64,000 bases of DNA from Bryobacteraceae bacterium. GTDB lineage: Bacteria; Acidobacteriota; Terriglobia; Bryobacterales; Bryobacteraceae. Position numbers and translations under genes: made by a program. The notes under the pieces were generated by a model. It ran no database searches and was not told the origin of the DNA. It was given only the letters and a program-made list of their open reading frames with translations. The stretch is taken from assembly GCA_036272235.1 (NCBI GenBank), contig DATAZF010000327.1, positions 16,862-80,861 of the forward strand. The letters run 5' to 3'. Of the stretch, positions 18,801-25,881 are shown piece by piece. Position 1 is the stretch's first letter; each line of letters starts with the position of its first letter.

Positions 18801-20201
18801 ATGACGAACCTGACCCAACTGATGCTGGCCAGCGGCAACGCCTTCATCTTTTCGGTTGCGCTGACGCCCATCGCGAGAGACATCTTCCGGGCGTACAACG
18901 TAGTGGACCGGCCGGGCAGGCGAAAAGTCCATACCTATCCCATCCCGCGGATTGGTGGAATTCCGATTGCGATCGCCTATGTTATAGCGCTGAACTCTCT
19001 GCGTGGCCCCACATCGGGCTTTCCACTTCACTGGCTTCAGACAATCCTCTCGGGCACCGCCATCATCTTTGTCACTGGTCTGATCGATGATTTCCTGAAT
19101 CTCAAGCCGGTAGTTAAGCTGGTCGGGCAGATTCTTGCGGCAGTCGTCGCGTTTCTCAACGGTCTGAGCATCGACCATGTGGGCGGCGCCATGTTGCCGG
19201 CCTGGTTGAGTCTGCTGATCACGGTCTTCTGGCTCCTGTTGACGACGAACGCCTTGAACCTCATCGACGGACTCGATGGTCTTTGTGGAGGCATTGCTTT
19301 ATGGGCGACACTGACTTTCTTCGTTGTTGCCTTCACGCACGGAAACAACATGCTGGCGTTCACCGCCTTGCCCCTGGCCGCCATCCTGCTCGGTTTTCTC
19401 GCTTTCAATTTCAATCCCGCCACGGTCTTTCTCGGGGATTCCGGCGCCTTGACCATAGGATTCCTGCTCGGATGTTATGGCATTATCTGGACCGGGCACC
19501 AGATTACAGGCGGCGGGCTTGTTGTGCCGCTTCTGGCGTTGTCCGTTCCGATGCTGGATCTTGGTCTCTCGATCGTCCGGCGCACCCTGAAACACCAGCC
19601 CATCTTTTCGGCGGATCGCGGTCACATTCATCACATGCTGCGCGACCGCGGGCTCAGCGTTCGAGGAGCCGCCATGATCCTCTATGCTGTCAGCGTTGCC
19701 GGTGGGCTCACCGCTCTCCTTCTCAGTCATACGGGTGGCCACCCCTGGCTGCGAATCACGATCGTCGCCGCGGTTGCCGCCGCTACGCTGGCCGGTGTCC
19801 GGGAGTTAAGGTACCCTGAATTTGAGGTCGCCGGGCGTCTTCTGTTTCGCGGAGAATTTCAAAAAGTATTCGCCGGTAAATTGCGCATGAAGCAGCTGGC
19901 GCAGGCGCTGGAGCGCGCCGCGACCGCCGAGGACTGGTGGCGGCTGCTCGTCGCTGCCGCCGGCGAGTGGCACTGCGTCCGCGTGACATGGGTCGGTCCC
20001 GGCGTTTTTCGCGAAGAAGTCCTGAATGCGCGTAAACCCTCGTGGTCATTCGTCATCGCGTTGAGCGAGGCGGAGTCGATCCATTTGGAAGGCGATTCCC
20101 GAACGTCGAGTCTCCAGCCCGATCTTGCAGAACTCCCGGCGATTCTCGCCCGTACATTCCAGCCCGGCTTGCGCGACGTCCGGCAACCGGCCGTTTCCTG
20201 A
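18801..20201 (+). CDS. WecA/MraY-family polyprenyl-phosphate N-acetylhexosamine-1-phosphate transferase with ~130-aa C-terminal extension
   Basis: Motifs LIDDFLNL, NALNLIDGLDGL, VFLGDSGALTIGF and HIHH are all present. The stop TGA (20199-20201) overlaps the next ATG (TGATG). Confidence 0.85.
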   Translation: MTNLTQLMLASGNAFIFSVALTPIARDIFRAYNVVDRPGRRKVHTYPIPRIGGIPIAIAYVIALNSLRGPTSGFPLHWLQTILSGTAIIFVTGLIDDFLNLKPVVKLVGQILAAVVAFLNGLSIDHVGGAMLPAWLSLLITVFWLLLTTNALNLIDGLDGLCGGIALWATLTFFVVAFTHGNNMLAFTALPLAAILLGFLAFNFNPATVFLGDSGALTIGFLLGCYGIIWTGHQITGGGLVVPLLALSVPMLDLGLSIVRRTLKHQPIFSADRGHIHHMLRDRGLSVRGAAMILYAVSVAGGLTALLLSHTGGHPWLRITIVAAVAAATLAGVRELRYPEFEVAGRLLFRGEFQKVFAGKLRMKQLAQALERAATAEDWWRLLVAAAGEWHCVRVTWVGPGVFREEVLNARKPSWSFVIALSEAESIHLEGDSRTSSLQPDLAELPAILARTFQPGLRDVRQPAVS

Positions 20202-21499
20202 TGCGAGGGCTGGATAAAGCGATAGACCTGCTGCTCATCTCGGCCGGGTTCGCGGGAGCTGCTCTCGTCTATACAACATTTTTCCGAGGCGGAGTCAGCA
20301 CCTTCGAAATGGCCCTGGGATCCGGAGCATCCGTGCTTGTCTTCTGGACGGCGGTTGAGTTCAGGCGCGCGGATCTCGAAAAGGCCGGCTTATGGGTCGG
20401 ATTTGTGGAGCGGTTCTGTCTTGGGACCGGAATCAATCTTCTTTTGCACGCCATCCTCACGTATGCGTTTTACATCCGCCGCACACCTTTTCTGATTGCC
20501 GCCGGTGGGCTGTTCTCAGCCGCGCTGCTAACCCTCCGCGCGCGGTCGACGGGACAGCGCGAACAGGCGCGAAAGCGCTTCCTGCTGGTGGGTTACGATT
20601 CGATTGCGGAGAAGATAATCGACCTGCTCCGGGAGCCGCTCATTGGCGTCCTGACAACAAACGCCTCGCTCGCGCCAGCCGACATTCCCCGTCTCGGCGA
20701 GGTGAGCGATATCGAAAGCGTTCTGAAGCAATACCGCCCCACAAACATCGTTGTGAGCATGAAGGACTGGGCGCGCCGGATTTCCCCTTCCTTTCTGTTG
20801 AACTGCCGGCTTTCCGGCATCAGTGTCGAGGAGTCGCCGGTCGTCTACGAGAGATTCTTCAGCCGCGTTTGTTGCGAACGATTGCAGCCCGTCGATCTTC
20901 TGCTCTCTTCCGCGCTGCGGGGCGACAGCCGCACGATGGCGATCCAGGCCGTTTATACGAATCTGATCGGGCTCGCTCTGCTGGTGATCGCCTCCCCGGT
21001 AATGCTGATCGCGGGCCTCGCTGTCGCTTTCGCCTCGGGGCCTGGCCCGGTATTTGAAAGCTTTGAGTGCGCCGGTTTCCAGTACATTCCATTCCGCCTG
21101 CTTCGCTTTCGCACCGCCCGTCTGAATGACCCTGGTACTTTAACCGGTTCCGGCAAAATCATTTCGCGCCTTCGTCTCGCCAACCTCCCACAGTTGCTCA
21201 ATGTTGTTCGCGGCGACATGGCGCTGGTGGGTCCGCGGCCGGTTCGATCGGAATTTGCGCGTTATCTTACGGATCTGATGCCGTTCTATTCGCACCGGTT
21301 TTCCGTGAGGCCCGGCATCCTTGGATGGGCACAGATGCACGCGCCAAAGGGGGGACAGGTGGTGGATGAGTGCCGCCAGATTGAATACGATCTCTTCTAT
21401 GTCAAAGAAGGGTCTCTGTGGATGGACGCCGAGATCATGCTGGAGAGCCCGATATCCGGGCGGACAGAGCCGAAATCGGACCGAAGCGGCGGCGGTTGA
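20201..21499 (+). CDS. 'bacterial sugar transferase' (monotopic PGT, WbaP/EpsB-like) paralogue 1, catalytic dyad not conserved
   Basis: C-terminal core LRFRT...RLANLPQLLNVVRGDMALVGPRP...RPGILGWAQ. The N-terminal TM segments and FLLVGYDSIAEKIIDLL (Rossmann-like) fit the large-PGT architecture. ATG 20201 is preferred over the ORF-track 20042 because of the TGATG coupling. Confidence 0.85.
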   Translation: MRGLDKAIDLLLISAGFAGAALVYTTFFRGGVSTFEMALGSGASVLVFWTAVEFRRADLEKAGLWVGFVERFCLGTGINLLLHAILTYAFYIRRTPFLIAAGGLFSAALLTLRARSTGQREQARKRFLLVGYDSIAEKIIDLLREPLIGVLTTNASLAPADIPRLGEVSDIESVLKQYRPTNIVVSMKDWARRISPSFLLNCRLSGISVEESPVVYERFFSRVCCERLQPVDLLLSSALRGDSRTMAIQAVYTNLIGLALLVIASPVMLIAGLAVAFASGPGPVFESFECAGFQYIPFRLLRFRTARLNDPGTLTGSGKIISRLRLANLPQLLNVVRGDMALVGPRPVRSEFARYLTDLMPFYSHRFSVRPGILGWAQMHAPKGGQVVDECRQIEYDLFYVKEGSLWMDAEIMLESPISGRTEPKSDRSGGG

Positions 21500-22668
21500 T
21501 GCCGCTCGTGTATGTATCGCTGATTGTCTCGGCGCTGCTGATAATTCATATCATCGCCGGATATCCGCTGCTGCTCGCCGTACGCCCCCGCGCTCGCAGG
21601 CCACGCGTTGTCAAAGACCCAGCTTTCGAGACTACGGTGTCGGTTATTCTCGCGGTTCACAACGGCGAGGCCATGATCCGCAACAAACTGGAAACGCTTC
21701 TTGGGCTCGATTATCCCCGCCGCCTGATGGATATCATCGTCGTCTCCGACGGTTCGACCGACCGGACGGAGGCGATTGTTCGGGAATTCGGGAACCGCGG
21801 CGTAAACCTTGTAATCGCACCTCGCGGGGGCAAGGCAGCGGCGTTGAATTACGGACTCGCCGCGGCGGCGGGAGAGATTCTCTTTTTTACCGATGTGCGC
21901 CAGCCTCTCGAACCGATGTCCCTCCGGCACATGGTCTCCAACTTCGCCGACAACACCGTCGGCGCCGTGACCGGCGAGCTACACCTGTTGAAAGGCGACA
22001 CTGGCGAACAGGCCGATATGGACTTATATTGGCGCTATGAAATCTGGGCTCGCACGCGTCATTCTGAAATCGATTCGCTCTTCAACACAACCGGGTGCAT
22101 CTATACGATGCGCAGGGCACTGGCGGGCCCACTGCCCCCCGATACACTCACGGACGATGCCATTCTCCCTCTGCGCGCATTCTTCAAGGGATATCGTGTG
22201 ATCTTCGATCCGTCTGCGATCGCGTTCGATTATCCGGCTGTGGCGGGGACGGAGTTCCGCCGCCGTTTCCGCACGCTTGCAGGGCTTTGGCAGGTACATG
22301 CGCGTTTACCCGAATTATTCACCGGCCGCAACCGGATGAGATTCCATTTCCTGTCACACAAATTCGGCAGGCTCGTGCTGCCGTGGCTGATCCTTGCGTT
22401 TTTCATCTCCGCGGCCGCTTTACCGGGCTCGTGGTTCCGGGCCTCTCTGCTTATCGCCGGTTTCATCTGGCTGTTGCTGGCCGCTGGCAACGCGCTCGTG
22501 TCTCCGGCTTCGCCGCTGAAGCGCGCGACTTCTCCCGCGCGGACGTTTCTGGTCATGAATGCCGCCGCGCTGGCATCCGTGGCCGTCTTTTTTGTGCCGG
22601 CAACCCGGCTGTGGCGTCCCACGCGGGTCCAGCCGGCCGGCGATGCGGCTCAATCTTCGAACAGGTAA
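21499..22668 (+). CDS. glycosyltransferase family 2 with C-terminal TM segments
   Basis: VSVILAVHNGEAMIRNKLETLLGLDYPRRLMDIIVVSDGSTDRT is the GT-A N-terminal signature. ILFFTDV is DxD-like. ATG 21499 overlaps the upstream stop (TGATG). Confidence 0.85.
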   Translation: MPLVYVSLIVSALLIIHIIAGYPLLLAVRPRARRPRVVKDPAFETTVSVILAVHNGEAMIRNKLETLLGLDYPRRLMDIIVVSDGSTDRTEAIVREFGNRGVNLVIAPRGGKAAALNYGLAAAAGEILFFTDVRQPLEPMSLRHMVSNFADNTVGAVTGELHLLKGDTGEQADMDLYWRYEIWARTRHSEIDSLFNTTGCIYTMRRALAGPLPPDTLTDDAILPLRAFFKGYRVIFDPSAIAFDYPAVAGTEFRRRFRTLAGLWQVHARLPELFTGRNRMRFHFLSHKFGRLVLPWLILAFFISAAALPGSWFRASLLIAGFIWLLLAAGNALVSPASPLKRATSPARTFLVMNAAALASVAVFFVPATRLWRPTRVQPAGDAAQSSNR

Positions 22669-22679
22669 CGCCGTCGGGC

Positions 22680-24026
22680 TCACGCCTCCGCTTCGACCGA
22701 ACCCTCCACGCGCTTGAGCGACAGCAGCATGATGAACAAATCCATCAACGGGGAAAGATTCTCGAGGTAGTAGAGGTCATATTCGAAATCTTTTACTGAA
22801 TCCTGTTGATCGCCGGGTTTCCGGTGAATTCGGGCCCATCCGGTAACCCCCGGTTTGACCCTGTTGCGCAGCGGGTAGACGGGGATCAGATCGTTCATCC
22901 GGCGCGCGAAGAGAGGGCGTTCCGGGCGGGGACCGACCATTGCCATTTGTCCTTTAAGAACGTTGAGCATCTGGGGCAACCACACGAGTCTCCGGCGTTG
23001 GAGAAATCTGCCGATCCAGGTATATTCGCCATCGCGGCTGACGCAGCGAAATCTGTACGCGTCGAACAGCGCTCCATTAAGTCCAACGCGGGGTTCAGTC
23101 GTCAGAACGGGGCCCCGCGAACTGAGTTTGATCAGCGCCGCGGCCGCCAGTGTGAGCGGTAAAGTGATTGCCACGACGAACAACGCCGTCACCCAGGAAT
23201 AAGCCGACTGAAGGCCGGCGCTGAAAAAACCGGGCTCCGTCTCCGTGCTGAAGATCGCATGCGAAGGCCAGATGTCTGTGATGCACTTTCGCGCAAAGAT
23301 GCGCTCGTAGAGGGTACCCGCCTCCTGAACGCGAACTCCTCCAAAGCGAAGCGTTAGAAATTCATCGGTCCACCACGGCCGGATATCGTCGCGATTGCCG
23401 ATGATGATCGAATCCGGAATGGATTGATCGAGGAGGAAATCGAGATCCTCCATCGTCCCCAGCCGCGTAATCCCGTTCGCACCCCGCGAGTTGTCCCCTT
23501 CCAGATAGCCGATCGTCGTGAGGCCCAGTTCGGGATGGACCTCGAAATGGTCCGCGATCGTCGCCACCGTCGGCGACATTCCAAGAAAGAGTACTCGCCC
23601 CGCAGCGACCGCGTGTTTGGCGGCGGAATCAAAGAGAAGACGCCAACCGAAGAGGACGAGGCCCGCCAGAAGCGTTCCGACGAGCGTCATCTTGCGTGGA
23701 ATGATCCAGTCAGGTTTGAGATAACCCAGGACGCCTTGCCCGATGAAGACCATACCAAAGATCACGCACAGGCTTTGCAGCAAGGCCAAACGGCTGCGAA
23801 TACGAACGTCGGCGTAGAGATTCGCGAAGAACAAACCCAGAATGACGAAGCCAACCGCGACCCCGATACGGAAAAAGCCCGAATCGTAAACCAGAAAAAG
23901 GTTCACATCGCCGATGTCGGGATCCAGAAAGGCGGAACCGGCAAAACAGGCGAACAGAAGGATGATCTCCGAAACGAACAATGTGAAAACGCGCGCCGGA
24001 ATGACAATGCTGAATATGCGGATCAT
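22680..24026 (-). CDS. 'bacterial sugar transferase' (monotopic PGT, WbaP/EpsB-like) paralogue 2, catalytic dyad not conserved
   Basis: Core YRFRC...RLVWLPQMLNVLKGQMAMVGPRP...KPGVTGWARIH. It has the same domain order as paralogue 1. ATG at 24026 (MIRIFSIVIPARVF) is preferred to the longer ORF-track start at 24146. Confidence 0.85.
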   Translation of the reverse strand: MIRIFSIVIPARVFTLFVSEIILLFACFAGSAFLDPDIGDVNLFLVYDSGFFRIGVAVGFVILGLFFANLYADVRIRSRLALLQSLCVIFGMVFIGQGVLGYLKPDWIIPRKMTLVGTLLAGLVLFGWRLLFDSAAKHAVAAGRVLFLGMSPTVATIADHFEVHPELGLTTIGYLEGDNSRGANGITRLGTMEDLDFLLDQSIPDSIIIGNRDDIRPWWTDEFLTLRFGGVRVQEAGTLYERIFARKCITDIWPSHAIFSTETEPGFFSAGLQSAYSWVTALFVVAITLPLTLAAAALIKLSSRGPVLTTEPRVGLNGALFDAYRFRCVSRDGEYTWIGRFLQRRRLVWLPQMLNVLKGQMAMVGPRPERPLFARRMNDLIPVYPLRNRVKPGVTGWARIHRKPGDQQDSVKDFEYDLYYLENLSPLMDLFIMLLSLKRVEGSVEAEA

Positions 24027-24115
24027 TCCAGGGCAGGAACCTCTGTGCCGATTGCCGGCGGAGTCCGCATGAATAGAGTGTAGCTCCGCGCGCTGACGGC
24101 TATACTCGGTCCAGA

Positions 24116-24736
24116 TTGACATCGCGACCCACCAGAGCGGAGGCACTCTATCGCCTGGCAGTAAGAGTTCTGGCGACGATTGGCCTGCTCTTCGTGCTCG
24201 TCACCTTCTCGCCATTCGTCAACTGGTACGCTACCGCTCTCGCGCTCCCGTGGTCTGACTATCGCGGTGACGTGCTGGTGGTGCTGAGCGCAGCCGGTCC
24301 GAACCGGGGGATTATGGACGCGAGCACCTACTGGCGCTGTTTCATGGCGATACTCTACGATCGCGAGTATCCATACAGGGAGATTATCGTGAGCGGGAAG
24401 GATGCCGCTGCCGGCATGCGGGATTTCCTGGTCTTCAATGGCGTTGCTCCGGAGCGGATCCGGGTGGAAGACAAATCCACCAATACTCGCGAAAACGCCC
24501 TGTTCACCGCCCCCATGCTCGCCGGGATTCATGGGCGAATTGTGCTCCTGACAAGCGACAGCCACATGTTCCGGGCCAGTAGATGCTTCGCCAGGCTCGG
24601 CATCAGCGTCATCCCTTCGGCCGTGCCGGATATCATCAAGCGCGCCGGTGAATACCGCGCCCGGCCCGAGCTGTTCATCGCTGAAGTGCAGGAAACCGCC
24701 GGTATCTTTTATTACTGGCACCGCGGCTGGATCTAA
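24116..24736 (+). CDS. DUF218 (YdcF/SanA/ElyC-like) family protein
   Basis: N-terminal TM helix, GDVLVVLSAAG, TNTRENALFTAPML and RIVLLTSDSHMFRA match the DUF218 pattern. The start is TTG and uncertain. Confidence 0.7.
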   Translation: MTSRPTRAEALYRLAVRVLATIGLLFVLVTFSPFVNWYATALALPWSDYRGDVLVVLSAAGPNRGIMDASTYWRCFMAILYDREYPYREIIVSGKDAAAGMRDFLVFNGVAPERIRVEDKSTNTRENALFTAPMLAGIHGRIVLLTSDSHMFRASRCFARLGISVIPSAVPDIIKRAGEYRARPELFIAEVQETAGIFYYWHRGWI

Positions 24737-24751
24737 CGGAAGGCTGCCCGC

Positions 24752-24994
24752 TCACAGTCTGAGTTCCACCCGCAACTTTCCGACGTCGTAAGGGGCGTCT
24801 CCCTTCTGCCGCTTCCGATCCTCAGCGTTCTCCAGATCTTTCAAGACGCCGATCAGCTGTTTTCTACCGATATAGCCGTCCGGGTCGATTTCGAGCACTT
24901 TCTGAAATGCCTGTTCGGAGGAAATCTCGCCCGCCTCGTAACTGCTCCACAGTCTGGTGCATGCTTCGAAAGCAGATTGAGGGAGAAAGAGCAT
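24752..24994 (-). CDS. hypothetical small protein (80 aa), last gene of SNF2-SWIM operon
   Basis: ATG ORF 11 nt downstream of the SWIM gene stop on the same strand. No recognisable motif. Confidence 0.4.
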   Translation of the reverse strand: MLFLPQSAFEACTRLWSSYEAGEISSEQAFQKVLEIDPDGYIGRKQLIGVLKDLENAEDRKRQKGDAPYDVGKLRVELRL

Positions 24995-25005
24995 AACCCC
25001 GCGTT

Positions 25006-25878
25006 TTATTTTATTGCTCGAATTTTTTTGTTCGTCCGCGCGCTCGTCTTCGCCGGTTTCCGCGCGGCTTGAGTCGCGATGGACTTCTTTTTCACCGCCT
25101 TTTTCGCCACTGCCTTCACTGCTCTACCGCGACTCTTTGCCGGCGGCGCGTCAATCTCACCGCCTGGCGCCATGTCGAGCCCGAACATACCGGACAGGTC
25201 TTCCGCATCCAGAACCCTCCCGGCGACGGGCGCGGATTTTGAAAGCCGGAGCCCCTCGCCGGCATTCGCGATCAGCTCTTTCTCATCTACGCCCCGGAGC
25301 AGGAACAGAAGCTCCGGCTGCCGGTCGAGCCGGGCTCCGACGCCGTAGAGCGCCGCTGCCACATGCTTGCACATCCAGGCTCCATCGGGACAGCTGCACG
25401 ATAAATCGATTTCGGTCGGCGAGGGAAACAATCCCTGATCCTGCCGGCAGATTCTCTCCATGACACCTTTCGAAAATCGCCCCTGCAGAAGCTCGACGAG
25501 AGAATCGATGGCGCCCGCGCAGTCGGTGCATATGGACTTCCAGCGCTTCGGGCCCACCGCCGCAATTTTTAGTTTCACCTTGTAAAGCGCCGAGCCGCTC
25601 ACCAGCGCTTCGATCGAGCCCTGGTTTACCTCGAGATGAATCACCGAACCATTGCGAGCGTACGTGCGCCCTCGCGGCAGACGGTTGGCATAGTCGCTGT
25701 AGCGCTCCAGATTTTCGCACCACGATTTGCCCCAGAAAGTGTTCGCGATCTTGCGGCCTTCGATCACAATGGGCGTGATGCTCTCACCTCGCTTGCGGCG
25801 TTTTTCCACCTCGATCGCCGCCTTGCGCCGCCGCTCCGCGGCTGAGACGTGCGGCCCCCAGCCGTAATGGAAATCCAC
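25006..25878 (-). CDS. SWIM zinc-finger protein with Lys/Ala-rich basic C-terminal tail
   Basis: CSCPDGAWMCKHVAAALYGV is the CxC-x(n)-CxH SWIM signature. The tail is AKSRGRAVKAVAKKAVKKKSIATQAARKPAKTSARTNKK. It starts 3 nt after the SNF2 gene stop. Confidence 0.85.
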   Translation of the reverse strand: MDFHYGWGPHVSAAERRRKAAIEVEKRRKRGESITPIVIEGRKIANTFWGKSWCENLERYSDYANRLPRGRTYARNGSVIHLEVNQGSIEALVSGSALYKVKLKIAAVGPKRWKSICTDCAGAIDSLVELLQGRFSKGVMERICRQDQGLFPSPTEIDLSCSCPDGAWMCKHVAAALYGVGARLDRQPELLFLLRGVDEKELIANAGEGLRLSKSAPVAGRVLDAEDLSGMFGLDMAPGGEIDAPPAKSRGRAVKAVAKKAVKKKSIATQAARKPAKTSARTNKKIRAIK

Positions 25879-25881
25879 GGA

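Noticed and set aside
20042-24146. N-terminal extensions given by the ORF track for the PGT paralogues and the GT2 (starts 20042, 21418, 24146)
   Set aside because: Internal ATGs at 20201 and 21499 coincide with TGATG stop/start overlaps, and at 24026 with the first TM helix. The extensions are Arg/Pro-rich and overlap the neighbouring genes.
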